Positions 26,562 to 40,165 of a stretch of 64,000 nt of DNA are shown here, one piece after another. This DNA is from Ginglymostoma cirratum (taxonomy: Eukaryota): assembly GCA_024137785.1 (NCBI GenBank), contig JAHRHZ010000028.1, positions 27,631,847-27,695,846 on the forward strand. Reading direction: 5' to 3'. A program made the position numbers and the translations under genes. The stretch's first letter is position 1. Every line of letters begins with the position of its first letter. The notes below the pieces were generated by a model. The model did not search any database, had not been told where the DNA came from, and was given only the letters and a program-made list of their open reading frames with translations.

Positions 26562-27959
26562 CTGTCAGGACAGAAAGAAACATGCTGTGTTAAGATTTGA
26601 AAAATGCCTGGCTGATGGAATGTCACAACCATCGGTCATGTAGCTTAGAGGCTCTTGTGAAGCAATGGTAATGTCCCTATCGCTGTGCTGGAAGATCCAT
26701 ATTGAAGTTAACGCAGAGCTAATAGCCTAGTGGTATTATCAGGAGACTGTTAATCCAGAAACTCAGCGAATGTTCCAGGGACCTGGGTTCAAATTCCTCA
26801 ATGATAGATGGTGGAATTTGAATTCAGTAACAAATCTAGATATATAAGGATGAACATGAAACTATTGTCAGGGAGAAAAAACAATTGTCTTGTTCACTAA
26901 CATCATTCAGGGTCGGAAATCTATCATCTTTGCCTGGTCTGGCCTTCATGTGACTCCAGACCTGCATCATGGTGGTTGACACTTAACTGCCCTCTGGGCA
27001 ATTAGGAATTGGCAATAAATGCTGCTCTAGCCAGAAATGCCCAAAACTGTCAGTGAATAAATGTCCCACCTGTCACTGGGATATACCATAACATGTACCA
27101 GCAGATTGATTCACAAATGCATTTTTATAATCTGACTTAAGGTGAGCTTGACAAGACCTCTAAATGGCTATGGTGGAAATTCTCTGACTGGCCTTGCTGA
27201 AATGGTCCTGTTACATGTTGAATTTCTAAGTCAGCTTATTTCATACCTTGAAGTGAATGCATTGTTTGTATTGGAGCATTATTCTGAGGAACACAGATCA
27301 GTGTGCATCATTTGCAAGTTTCACTTGTTTTTCCTTCGGTGCAGTATTCAACTTGAAAGCCTTATTAACTTGGTTACATTCAGCCAGAGGGTCTGCTCCC
27401 ATTAACATGGAAAATTGAAAGACAAATTATCTTTAAAAATTGACACATGCCTTTGCTCTACTATTTAACTCAATAGCTATTTTGTTTTGTAGGGGAAGAA
27501 CAAGCGAATAGGTGAGTATTCAGTCGGACTAATTTTCATTTGTTTTGGGTGTGAATAAGGCAGTTACTGGATTAAAATTTTGTGCCTCGTTCCCATTGAC
27601 AAGTGGGTCTTCACCATGTTTCCTGAGGCTCTGAAATGGATGGTCCAGGAGACTGCCAGAAACTTGATATCAGTAAGGCTCTAATGCAATTGTAGACTTC
27701 CAATGGGTGGCACAATTGTCACACAATTACCTCTTTGGATTGGTACTTGGTATTGAGTAGTCCTAGAGTCATACAGCACGAAAACAGGCCCTTCGGTCCA
27801 ACCAGTCCATGCCAACCATAATCCCAAACTATACTAGTCCCACCTGCCTGCTCCTGGCCTATATCCCTCCAAATCTTCCCTATTCATGTTCTTATCCAAA
27901 TGTCTTTTAAATGTTGTAATTGTACCCACACCCACCACTTCTTAAAGGGACTAATCTAA

Positions 27960-28672
27960 AGAAAGATATTCTGGCATTGGAGGCAGTCCAGATAAGAGGA
28001 TTAGATTGAACCCAGGCATAGAAGGGGAAACATTGAGTAGGTCATGCTTCTACTATATTGTTGGAGTTTAGAAGAATGAGAAATAACAGTATTGAAACAT
28101 GCAAGGTTCTTGGCACACTTGATAAAAACTGAAAGAACCGCGGATGCTGTAAATCAGGAACAAAAACAAAGTTGCTGGAAAAGCTCAGCAGGTCTGGCAG
28201 CATCTGTGAAGGAAAAAAACAGAAGGAAAAAACTGAAGGGTCACCGGACCTGAAACATTAACTCTGTTTTTTCCTTCACAGATGCTGCCAGACCTGCTGA
28301 GCTTTTCCAGCAACTTTGTTTTGTTCTTAGCACACTCGACAGGATAGATGAGGTGAGTCTGCTTCTCCTTTTAGGTAAGTCCAGGACCAGATGGCATAAT
28401 CTCAGAGTAAGAGTTGGCCCACATAAGACAGAGATGAGGAGAAATTTCTTCTCTCAAAGGGTAGTGACTCTGTGGTATTCTTTGCTGTAGAGCCGGGGTC
28501 ATTAAGTACATTCAAGACTGAGACAGGTTTTTAATCAGTAATGGAATCAAGGATTATAGGCAAAAGGCAGGAAAGTGGAGTCAGGGACTATCAAGGTAGC
28601 CATAATCTCATTGAATGCAGAACAAACTCGATGGGCCGAACAGCCTACTTCTGCTCCTATGTCCTATGGTCT
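27960..28672 (+). mobile_element. CR1 3' fragment interrupted by a fold-back element (28123-28322)
   Basis: KDILALEAVQ...EFRRMR...FFSQRVV; insertion flanked by a 17-bp imperfect duplication. Confidence 0.8.
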
Positions 28673-29445
28673 TATAATGCAACCCACTCAAAGTAATGAG
28701 AAAGGGGATTTGAAATGTTGTTTTTCAGATGAAGCAGAGAAGTAAAGCCCTGGTCTGTCAAATTTTTACCCACCACTTTCTTGGCTGATTTTCTCCAGTA
28801 ATCCAACCACCCGCCCCTCACTGTATAAATCACCTCCACCAGGCTGTGCTGTACAATAGAGATGTCAAACCTCCTGACCCTCCTCATCAATGACCTGCTC
28901 AAAACACATGAGAAGTCACGAGAAATGCACTAGGCTTTGAACCAATTCCAACAGACAGGAGACAATATTCCTTTACCCAACTCCCACCCACCTCTCCCCT
29001 ACATCTGCCCAGGGCAATCAACCAATGAGGAATCTACTGTGTTGCACAAGTGAACTGAAACTTAAACTGACAGACAGCAAATTTTACATGTGACTCCTTC
29101 ATTTGAAAGTGATAATTTGCTGAGTGTTATGAAAGTTTGGTTATAAAATTGGCTCAGCAATGATGATGCAAAGTGCTAGACTTTTGAGAAAACAAGAGTT
29201 CACAAAAAATGAGAGAAAAGGGAAAATGCTGGAAATAATCAACCAGTCCATTAGCATCTATGGACAATAAAAGGGCTGCTGAATATTTTTGGATGTGGAA
29301 TCTTCATGAAAGCTAAAATAGATAAGCGGTATAAAGGAATTTTCACGTGATCAGCAATGAGAAAGAAACAAAAATGGGTAAAACCAAAGAAGAATAGAAG
29401 CAGAATGAAACAATAGATGAAGCTTATTCAAATAATGCAGCAAGG

Positions 29446-29788
29446 TGATTCAGTGGTTAGCCCTACTGCCTCACAGCGCCAGGGACCTGGGTTTGATTCC
29501 ACCCTCGGGCAACTGTCTGTGTGGAGTTTACATATTCTCCGTGTGTCTGTGTGGGTTTCCTCCAGGTGCTCCGGTTTCCTCCCTAGTCCAAAGATGTGCC
29601 TGTTAGGTGGATTGCTAAATCACCCACAGTGCCTAGGAATGTGCAGGCTAGGTGGATTAGCCATGGGAAATGCAGGGCTACAGGGATAGGGAAGGGGGAT
29701 GGGTCTAGGTTGGATTCTCTTCAGAGGGTTGGTGTGGATGTGATGGGCTGAATGGCCTGCTTCCATATTGTAGGGATTCTATGACTCT
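29446..29788 (+). mobile_element. HE1-like SINE
   Basis: CAGTGGTTAGCCCTACTGCCTCACAGCGCCAGGGACC head; CR1-type tail. Confidence 0.85.
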
Positions 29789-30254
29789 AATGGATAACAG
29801 CGCACCGACAATAATGAAACAAAGGATTCTACGCATTATTTGACAATTATTTGCCACTTTGAATACTAAGTTTATTTGTCATATACATTGCAGTGAAATA
29901 CTTGACTGCCTTGCTGAACTTGATGGTAAATTAACAGCAGGCTTAATGAACATTATTATTCATGTGAGCTTATTGATCATTTATTATGGAGCTCATTGTC
30001 CAAGATGTTAGATACTTTACTCTTCTCAAAGTGGTATCTTCAAAATCATTAGTAAACATTAAGCATTATACAAGTAATTGCTTGGTAGTTTAGAAGTGAA
30101 ACAGTGGAGACTTGAAATTGAAGGACTGGAAAGCAAGTTTGCAAATTTTGAAAGGGGGTGATACTTTACACAGTAAGAGGAGTGGGCGCTTATTGCTTGG
30201 GTCATAGTTGGCATGGAGGGGCAGGACCTGTTAATTGTTAATCTTAGCTGATGA

Positions 30255-30735
30255 CAAGATTTCGGAGCACTACCCCTTTGTCAGGTGATGAAGGGGCAGC
30301 ACTTCAAAAGCTTGTGATTTCAAATAAACCTGTTGGACTATAACTTGGTATAACAGGGTGTAGAACTGGATGAACACAGCAGGCCAAGCAGCATCAGAGG
30401 AGCAGGAAGGCTGACGATTCGGGTCGGGACCCTTCTTCAGAAATGGGGGAGGGGAAGGGGACTCTGAAATAAATAGAGAGAGGGGGAGGCAACGATGGAA
30501 GGTGGAAAGAGGAGCAGATAGGTGGAGAGAAGACGGACAGGTCAAGGAGGCGTGGATGGAGCTAGTAGGTAGGAAGTGGGCGTGGGGGTTGGTCAGTGAG
30601 GTGAGAGGAACGGATAGGTGGGAGAAAAGACGGACAGGTCAAGGAGGCGGGGACGAGCTGGCTGGTCTTGGGATGAGGTCTGGGGTGGGGAGATTTTGAA
30701 GCCTGTGAAGTCCAGATTGAGACCTTTAGGCTGCA
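30255..30735 (-). mobile_element. Penelope-like element 3' ends (two families, adjacent)
   Basis: LQPKGLNLDFTGFKISPP (ORF end) plus 3' repeat similar to 52058-52500; decayed hammerhead-like cores at ~30260-30310 and 30411-30440. Confidence 0.8.
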
Positions 30736-32654
30736 GCGTTCTGTTTCTCCCCACTAAGCAACTTTCAATCCACTTTGAAAGTCTGCCACTCATGAAATAT
30801 CAAAAAGCAAAATTAATAAAACCGCAAGCTTAGGGTTTTGAAAACAATGCTGCAAGTTCTGTGGGAAAAATTTGTTCTAAAATGCTCTTATAAATGATGA
30901 ATCTTTTCCCACCCGTACAACAAGTTAATAATCGAAAACAGTATATGTACATTCCATACCCAAAAGCTGATTTAATAAATTACTTGTTTGTTTGCAGAGT
31001 GTTAGTTGTTGTTTCGCAATTCATTCAGATTGAATTCCGGGCAGACCATTTCCTGACCATGAATCAGAACATTAAACAGGCCACAAAGGTCATTGACTTT
31101 TATTAAGTTCCATTTGATAACAAATAGCCTGGATCTGCCTGCTCTTCAAAATCTCGGTTCCCCGACTACTCTTTTCAGTATGTTATAGGTTTTAAAAAAA
31201 CGTAATTTTGGTTGTGTCATGGAAAATCATCGAGTAAATAGAGAAAGAACAACTCGTATTTAAATATGTCCTTTGTGCAATGGTTTAAGCTCAGGGCAAA
31301 AGTATCACCCACAGGCCCCTGACTATGATTTGTTTTTAGATGTTGAACTGTAATGGCCTCAGCCCACTTGTGGTTCTTGCAGCATGCAGGCCCAGTCCAC
31401 ATTCTGGAAAAAATAAAATTACTTACAACTGATTTCTCATTCAAAGCTACGTCTTTGAGATTTTTGAGCCAGAGTTTCTGAGAGCAATTAAGTTGCAACC
31501 TAACATTCCTCTTTTCTTCCTACCAGCTGGAGGCTCACTGGAGTCTTTTTCAGTTTCTAACCTGTTTTTCTAAACTAAAGTATCTTGCATCTTTCTCTTG
31601 TCTTTTTGCTCCTGGTGAATACCAACCACTGCAACAAATAAAACATATGCGACAATTCAACACACACCTTACATCATGAGTGAGCATAGCTGTGAGATTG
31701 AATGCTGCAAGTGAACTCTAAGGCTTTTTAAAACGAAGTACCTTAACTTGCATACTCCACATTATTCTGTTGTTAGAAATAATGCCGACATATTAGCAAC
31801 CGATTGAAAAGTGGATATTGTGGATTCTGAAGGGCCGAATTAAAATCAGAAAATGCTGGAAACTCTCAATGGGTTGAGCAGCTTCTTTAGAAACAGAAGT
31901 GGAGTTCACACTTCAAGACAATGCGTTTCTTATCAGAACCTGAAACGTTCCATTTTTTTTTTCCTATAGCTGCTGTCATACCTAAGGAGTGTTTCCAGGA
32001 TTTTCTGTTTTTATTATTTGAGATTGCAGTTTTTTTAAAAACACATTTTGAAGTTTTAGTCTACGTTTTGGTGGTCTTCTCCTCAGGCAATCCCTCTAGG
32101 TTGAGGATTAACATTTATATTAATTAGATAGAATAGTGTTGACTGAATAGGTGATGTGTTGCAGCTGTAGTATTTGGGAGCTGATGGACTTTGGTGCACA
32201 TTGGTGTAATCTGCAACAAATGTTGCTTGCTCAAGGGCTTTTGGTTCAGAGTTGATAATCTGGAATCTGAGATGTGAATACTGCAACACAATAGGGAGGG
32301 TTAGATCAATTACATCAAATTTGGTTTGTGATCGTGGACAGGAGGATGTGACTGTGACTGAGGCAGCTATTGGGATCCAAAATTTATGTTTGGCAGAGCC
32401 TCAGCCAGTGTCTTGTTCAGTAGCAGGACATGTAGAAAGGTTTAATGCAATCAAACAGAGCTAACATGATTCTGTGAAAGGGAGCCTACATTTGATAAAT
32501 TTGTTAGAGTTCATTGAGGATATTGATGAAAGTAGACGTAGTGTATTTGGATTATTCTAAATGGTGTCACGTAAAAGGTCATTACACAATATGGGAGCTC
32601 ATCGTATTGGCATAGATTGAGGATTGGTAAACACATAGAAGGCAGAAAGAACAA

Positions 32655-35600
32655 AGAACATAAGAACCAGAAGCAGGAGTAGGCCATCTGACTCTTCGAG
32701 TCCACTCCACCACTAAATAAGTTCATGGTTGATCTTTTCATGGCCTGAGCTCAACTTATTCACCCTAACCCTTAATTCATAGAATTCCCACAGTATGGCA
32801 GCAGGCCATTCAGCCCAACAAGTCCACACTGACTCTCTGAAGGGTATCCCACTCAGATGCATCACCCTATCCTGCATTTCCTATGGTTGATTCACCTAAC
32901 CTACACATGATGGGCAATTTAGCATGGCCAGTTCACCTAACTTACACATACTTTGGACTGTGGGAGGAAACCAGAGCACCCAGTGGAAACCCATGCAGAC
33001 ACAGGAAGAACATACAGATAATTGCCCAAGGTTGGAATCAAACCCAGGTCCCTGGCGCTGTGAGGCAGCAGTGCTAACCACTGGGCCACCATGCTGCCCT
33101 TTCCTTTACAGCTCAAAAATGATCTATCCTAGCTTTAAAAACATTCAATGTGAAAGCCTCAACTACTTCACTGGGCAGTGAAGTTTCATAGATTCACAAT
33201 CCTTTGGCTGAAGAAGTTCCTCCTCAATTCAGTCCTAAATCTGTTTCCCCTAATTTTGAGGCTATGCCCTCTTGTTATAGTTTCACCTGCCAGTGGAAAC
33301 ACCCTCCCTGCTTCTATCTTATCTATCCCCTTCATAATTGTATATGCTTCTATAGGATCCCCCCTCATTCTTCTAAATTCCAATGAATATAATCCCAGTC
33401 TATTCAGCTTCTCCCCTTAAGCCAACCCTCTTAACTCTGGGATCAACCTAGTGAATCTCCTCTGCACCCCCTCCAGTGCCAGTGCATCCTTTCACGAGTA
33501 AGGAGACTATTCCAGGTGTGGCCTCGCCTGCACCCTTTACAGCTATAACATAAACCCCCTGCTTTTAGACTCAATCCCTCTAGCAATGAAGGACAAAATT
33601 CCATTTGCCTTCTTAATTACCAGTTGTACCAACAAACCAACCCTCAGCCCAGCAGCATGCCGCAATTTTTTACTGTTCAAATAATATGCCTTTTTATTCC
33701 TACCAAAATGGATGAATTCACATTTATCAACATTGTACTCCATCTGCCAGACCTTCGCCCGCTCACTTAAACTATCTCTATCCCCCAGCAAACTTCCAGA
33801 GTCCTCTGCACACTCTGCTTTACCACTCATCTTAGTGTCATCCGCAAACATTGACCCACTACACATTGTCCCCAACTCCAAATCATCTATGTAAATTATA
33901 AACAATTGCAGTCCCAGCATTGATCCCTGAGGCACACCGCTAGTCACATTGCCAGCCAGAAAAGCACTCATTTACCCCACTCTCTGCTTCCTGTTAGTTA
34001 ACCAATCCTCTATCCATGCTAAAACATTGTGTGTAACACAGAGCACCTTTATCTTATACAGCAGCCTTTTGTGTGGCACCTTGTCGAATTCCTTTTGGAA
34101 ATCTAGATACACCACATCTACTGGGCTCCTGTTGTCCACTGTGCTCGTAATGTCTCCACAGAATTCCAGTAAGCTAGTTAAATATGACCTGCCTTTCATG
34201 AACCCATGCTGCGTCCACCCAATGGGACAATTTATACCTAGATGTCTTGCTATTTCTTCCTTGATGATAGATTCAAACATTCTTCCCACTACAGAAGTTA
34301 AGCTAACTGGTTTATAATTCCCTATCAGAGATAAAAGGTACTGCAGATGCCGGAGAATCCGAGATAACACGGTGTGGGGCTGGATGAACACAGCAGGCCA
34401 AGCAGCATCATAGGAGCAGGAAAGCTTGACGTTTCGGGCCTAGACCCTTGGGTCTAGGCCNNNNNNNNNNNNNNNNNNNNNNNNNNNNNNNNNNNNNNNN
34501 NNNNNNNNNNNNNNNNNNNNNNNNNNNNNNNNNNNNNNNNNNNNNNNNNNNNNNNNNNNNNNNNNNNNNNNNNNNNNNNNNNNNNNNNNNNNNNNNNNNN
34601 NNNNNNNNNNNNNNNNNNNNNNNNNNNNNNNNNNNNNNNNNNNNNNNNNNNNNNNNNNNNNNNNNNNNNNNNNNNNNNNNNNNNNNNNNNNNNNNNNNNN
34701 NNNNNNNNNNNNNNNNNNNNNNNNNNNNNNNNNNNNNNNNNNNNNNNNNNNNNNNNNNNNNNNNNNNNNNNNNNNNNNNNNNNNNNNNNNNNNNNNNNNN
34801 NNNNNNNNNNNNNNNNNNNNNNNNNNNNNNNNNNNNNNNNNNNNNNNNNNNNNNNNNNNNTTTCCCACTGGTCTTTGCCATTTTGTATGCCTTGTCTTTC
34901 AATTTGATAGCCTGCCTTATTTCCTTACACATCCGTGGCTGATTAACCCTTTTCCTACCGTCCTTTCTTTTCACTGATATATACTTCTGCTGAGCACTTT
35001 GAAAAATTGCTTTGAAAGTCCTCCATTGTTTATGAACTGTGCTTCCGTAAAGTCTTCACTTCCAGTCTACTTCAGCCAACTCCTCCCTCATCTTGTTGTG
35101 GTCTCCTTTGTTTAAGGATAGAACCCTGGTAAACAAACGACCGTACTGTGATTGCTCCTTCCAAGAAGATCCCTAACTATGAGATCATTAATCATTCCTG
35201 TCTCAGTACACAGGACCAGATGTACGGTAGATTGCTCCCTCATCGGTTCCATTCCATACTGTTCAAAGCAATGATCGCGGATACATTCAATGAACTCCTC
35301 CACAAGGCTTCCTTGACTGACCTGGTTTGACCAATCGACATGTAGATCAAAATCCCCCATGATAATTGCCGTGCCATTTTTGTAGGCATTAGTTATTTCT
35401 TTGTTTAATGCCCGCCCCAATGTGATGTTATTATTTGGTGGCCTATAGACTACGCCTATCAGTGACCTTTTCTCCTTAGAATTTCTAATTTTCACCTAAA
35501 TGGATTCAACCTTATTCTCATAGAACCTATATCATCTCTCACTACTGCCCTGATGTCATCCTTAATATCAGAGCTACACTACCCCCCCTTACCTTCCTGT

Positions 35601-35830
35601 CTGTCCTTCTGAATAGTCTGATACCCCTGGATATTTAATTCCCAGTTATGACCATCCTGCAACCGTGTCTCCATAATAGTTGCCAAATCATACTCATTTA
35701 CAATGATTTGTGCCGTTAACTCATCTACCTTGTTTTGAATGCTACAAGCATTCAGGTAACATGCCTTTAATGGTAGTTTTAATACCATCTTTTTGAATTT
35801 TAACTCCTCTGTTAATAGAGTCGGGATTAA
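32655..35830 (-). mobile_element. Long CR1 LINE (endonuclease + RT) spanning the gap, with nested HE1 SINE (32778-33099) and Penelope end (34326-34460)
   Basis: YLNACSIQNK, GVVYRPP, IIMGDF (APE); QHGFMKGRS, DVVYLDFQK.FDKVPH, GVPQGS, FADDTK (RT). Confidence 0.93.
34461..34860. other. Assembly gap (400 N) in gene A intron 1
   Basis: Run of n. Confidence 1.
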
Positions 35831-36096
35831 GGAACTCATTCAGTTTGGAAATATGTAATTAATGGAATGCCACAAGCATCAGTCCTAGGGCATCAATAAT
35901 TTACCATCTATATTAATAACTCGGAGTGGAGTGCAGAATACCCTACGAATAATAAAAATAAATAAATCATTGGGATTACATGCATTTTACAATTTATACT
36001 TCCTGCTTAACACTCAAAACCACAATTGTCTGCAAACCTCTTTCCTGATCACATCTAGTCCACAAACTACTCTGAGCTAATTCCTCCAGAGAGAAT

Positions 36097-36333
36097 AAAA
36101 ACCGAAAGAACTGCGGATGCTGTAATCAGGAACAAAAACAGAAATTGCTGCAAAAGCTCAGCAGGTCTGGCAGCATCTGTGAAGAAAAAAATCAGAATTA
36201 ACGCTTAAGGTCCGGTGAACTTCCTTGGAATGGTTCTGAGGAAGGGTCACCGGACCCGAAATGGTCACTCTGATTTTTTCCTTCACAGATGCTGCCAGAC
36301 CTGCTGAGCTTTTACAGCAATTTCTGTTTTTGC
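36097..36333. repeat. Penelope-derived fold-back (inverted) element
   Basis: Arms AAAACAGAAATTGCTG..CAGCAGGTCTGGCAGCATCTGTGAAG and its reverse complement; central CTGAGGAAGGGTCACCGGACCCGAAA. Confidence 0.85.
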
Positions 36334-36582
36334 TACTCCATACTGAACTTAGGCTTTCCAATGAGGTGATCTCCAGACAGAAACTGGTCCAACTCTCTCT
36401 TGACAAAATCCAACAATCAGCATCCAATTTCATGTGAATTCTTTAACTCATTGGCCCTTTTCACTTTAAAGTTGGAATGCATTCACAAGTTAGCTGTAAC
36501 AAGGCTGCCTACAATGCCACATGAATATATGGATCTTGACTTTGTGACTGCCAGACACTAAACATCAACATAAGAGCTAAAT

Positions 36583-37073
36583 TACAGGAAGGATGTGGAA
36601 GCATTGGAAAAGGTGCAGAGGAGATTTACCAGGATGTTGCCTGGTCTGGAGCGAAGGTCTTATGAGGAAAGACTGAGGGACTTGGGTCTGTTCTCATTGG
36701 AGAGAAGAAGGCTGAGAGGGGATTTAATAGAGACCTACAAAATGATCAGAGGATTAGATAGGGTGGACAGTGAGAGTCTTTTTCCAAGGATGATGACGTC
36801 GGCTAGTACGAGGGGGCATAGCTGCAAATTGAGGGGTGATAGATTTAAGACAGATGTCAGAGGCAGGTTCTTTACTCAGAGAGTGGTAAGGGCGTGGAAT
36901 GCCCTGCCTGCCAATGTAGTTAACTCAGCCACATTAGGGGCATTTAAACAGTCCTTGGATAAGCATATGGATGATGATGGGATAGTGTAGGGGGATGGGC
37001 TTAGATTAGTTCACAGGTCGGCGCAACATCGAGGGCCGAAGGGCCTGTTCTGCGCTGTATTGTTCTATGTTCT
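36583..37073 (+). mobile_element. Young CR1 3' fragment with uninterrupted ORF end and TTCTATG-type tail
   Basis: ORF 36595-36990 ALEKVQRRFTRMLPGL..YEERL..LFSLERRRLRGDLIETYKM; CpGs retained. Confidence 0.92.
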
Positions 37074-38184
37074 ACTCAGGGAGCTGTTCTTGGCATCGGG
37101 GCTGCATTACAGCAAATATAGTACCAAGGTCTCACTAGAAAACTCAGCTCAATGATGGAAAAAAGAAACATTCTCTGATGGCCAAAATTAATTCTGACAT
37201 GAGAAAACGGTTGTGCTAATCAGAGGCTATTTATTGTAGATCTTGCTACTACATTGCTGCTGCTTTCAGGCTCTCTCTCTCTCTCTTTCTCTTGGCCCTT
37301 TCTTTCTTTCTCTCTATCTCTCTTTCCTTATCCTTGGACTCTGTGTCAATCACCTCATCCCCTCCAGTGGAACTGCCAAGAAAGAATCTATGACCCAACT
37401 ATCCTTATCAATGATCCTCTCTTTCTCAGAAGGTAAGGAATGAGTCTCGTTTCTGGTGATCATACAGTGGGAGAGTTTATTCGCAACCCCTTGATGGTAC
37501 CTAATGCTGCATATCAGCAACATTCATGTTTGGGTTATCGAGCAGCAGGTCAACATTTGCACCATATATGGAGCACACTCATTAGGAAGGTGCTGACCAC
37601 CTCTCTGACATTGACAAAGTCAGCACTGTATGACACAACTGACCAGAATGGAACCATACCATCCATTTCGACACAGTGGCCACCAACACAGGACAAAGGC
37701 TGAGTATATTACAATGAATAGTTCACTTATTGACCTCCTCAAGACCTCTGTGTACTCTAAGGACTGCTGGGAAGATGATGGAATTGTCATCAATTGTTCA
37801 AAAGGGTGCACACACAACAACATTGGAGAAGCTTTACATTATAGGGTCATTGAGTCAGAGTCATATAGCGCAGAAACAGACCCTTTGGTCCAATGAGTCC
37901 ATGCCGACCATGATCCCAAACAAAACTAGTCCCATCTGCCTACTCCTGGCCCACATCCCTCCAAACCTTTCCTATTCATGCACTTATCCAAATGTCTTTT
38001 AAATGTTGTAATTGTACCCACATCCCCGACTTCCTCAGGAAGTTCATTCCACATGTGATACACCTTCTGCGTAAAAAGAAATGCCCCTCATGTCTTTTTA
38101 AAATCTTTCTCCTCTCACCTTATAAATGTGCCCCCTCGTCTTGGAATCCCCCATTCTCGGGAAAAGACAACTTGCTTAGTGCTT

Positions 38185-38400
38185 GGGGTCAGTCAGATCA
38201 GTTGGCTGGATAGCTGGTTTTCAATGCAGAGTAATTCCAACAGTGTGGGTTCACTTCGTGTCACTGGCTCAGGCTATCATGAAGGACTATCCTTCTTTAA
38301 CCTCTCCCCTTGCTTGAGGCATGGTGACCTCCAGGTTAAACCACCACCAGTTGTCTCTCTCTGATGAGACAGCAGCCTTCTGGGATTATAGTGACTTTGC
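38185..38400 (+). mobile_element. tRNA-headed SINE family (copies also ~11610-11790 -, 17930-18095 -, 59670-59790 +, 61725-61925 +)
   Basis: Shared CTCTCCCCTTGCYTGAGGCATGGTGACC..CAGGTTAAACCACCACCAGT core. Confidence 0.7.
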
Positions 38401-39042
38401 TTTTCTCCATCACTAAGTTCAATATCCATATTTTCTACCAGTAACACAGGCACTATTTGAAGCTTGTTCTGTAACAGCTCACCGAGTGAGTTTGCTAATA
38501 CCTCTTTGCACCATAACAACTACAAGAAAAGTCATGGAAACAACAGGCCATGCACCACCTTGCCTTGGACATATGGTCATACGTTGACAATAACTTGAAG
38601 GTCCTACACACCACCAGTGTGGGAGGGTCATTACTATGAGGTCTGCCAGATACAAGGAAAATTTCTCAAGGCACCTACACTTGGGTGATGAATCCAAAAT
38701 TTATGACGTTGCCAACATCCTGAAACAAATAATTTAACAAAATATACTGGCAAAGATATCGTCAGAAAGGAGTCCTGTTCTTTTCCCTGCAGTTTGCTGC
38801 AGTACACATGGAAGATTCAGTTATAGGTTTCAGTGGGGGTGGGCAGGGGCTGGAGGTGGTGGGTGATGGGAGGGAGATGTTAGTTAGCTTAGTTGGCCAT
38901 GTATCTATAATGTGGTCCAGTACAATGTCAATAGTGCAAGTTCAATCCTTGTAATGGCTGTACAGTTCAAGCAGCCCTTCCTCCTCCTCATCTTATAGAG
39001 TCATAGAGGTCTACAGCACAGGAAAAGACCTTTCAGCCCATT

Positions 39043-39291
39043 AAACAAGGAAAAAAACCCAAAGAACGGTGGAATCTGGAAGTGAGAAGCAAAGTCAGAA
39101 ATTGCTGGAAAAACTCAGCAAATCAGGCAGCACCAGCGGAGAGAAAGTAGAGACAACATTTCAGGTCCAGTGACCCTTCTCCAGACCCTCTGCAGTTCTG
39201 AAGAAGGGTCAGTGGAACCAGAACATTAACTCTGCTCTCTCCACAGATGCTGCCAAGCCTGCTGAGATTTTCTAGCAATTTCTGATTTTGC
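39043..39291. repeat. Fold-back element with exact 11-bp TSD (TTCAGCCCATT) inside a CR1 tail
   Basis: TSD 39032-39042 / 39292-39302; inverted arms with two decayed hammerhead cores. Confidence 0.85.
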
Positions 39292-39844
39292 TTCAGCCCA
39301 TTGAGTCTGCACAAGTCATAAACTATTCTAACCCCATTTCCCATCACTTGGCCTGTAGCCTTGTATGCCTTGGCATCATAAGTGCATGTCTAAATACTTT
39401 TTAAATTTTAGAGGGTTTAGCTTCTACTGCTTTAAAGGCAGTGAGTTCGAGATTCCTACCATGATCTGTGTGAAAAAATTTTCCTCACATTTGCTTTGAG
39501 CCTCTTGCCCCATGCCTTAAAATTATGCACCCAGCTCCCTCTACCAAGGGGAAATATTCCTTCCTGTTGACTCCATCTATGTCCCTAATAATTTTATAAA
39601 TCTCAATTATGTCTCCCTCAGTCTCCTCTGCTCTAGCTATGTATAACCAATTGTCTCTGTCTAATGGAAAGAGATATGTATGTGCTTTGTGGACAATGGG
39701 TCCTTAATAGTACAATTACTTTTGTGAAAGTGGTTTGTAACAATTTCTGTCTGTGCTATCAAAGTATGTGATCAGTTTAGATTCAGATTGCAAATTGTTG
39801 ATCGCAAATTTATCAATAATCTGTCGATAGTGTCATAGCATTTC

Positions 39845-40165
39845 ATAGACTCCCTACAGTGTGGAAACAGGCCATTCAGCCCAACAAGTCCATACCAACC
39901 CTCAGAGCATCCCACCCAGACCCATCCCAGCTTAACCCACCTAATCTACACATCCCTGAACACTATGGGCAATTTAGCATGGCCAATCCACCTAACCTGC
40001 ACATCTTTGGACTGTGGAAGGAAACCGGAGTACCCGGAGGAAACCCACGCAGACACGGGGAGAATGTGCAAGCTCCACACCGACAGTCACCGGAGGCTGG
40101 AATCCAACCCAGGGCCCTGGTGCTGTGAGGCAGCAGTGCTAACCACTGTGCCACTGTGCCACCCC
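39845..40165 (-). mobile_element. HE1-like SINE
   Basis: Minus-strand head GGGGTGGCACAGTGGCACAGTGGTTAGCACTGCTGCCTCACAGC. Confidence 0.9.

Noticed and set aside
31217-31498. 93-aa Cys/Trp-containing ORF in gene A intron 1 as an extra Ig exon
   Set aside because: No Ig-V motifs; the phase-1 frame from the nearby acceptor hits a stop
34408-34974. Long ORFs containing X runs
   Set aside because: Artefacts of translating through the N gap
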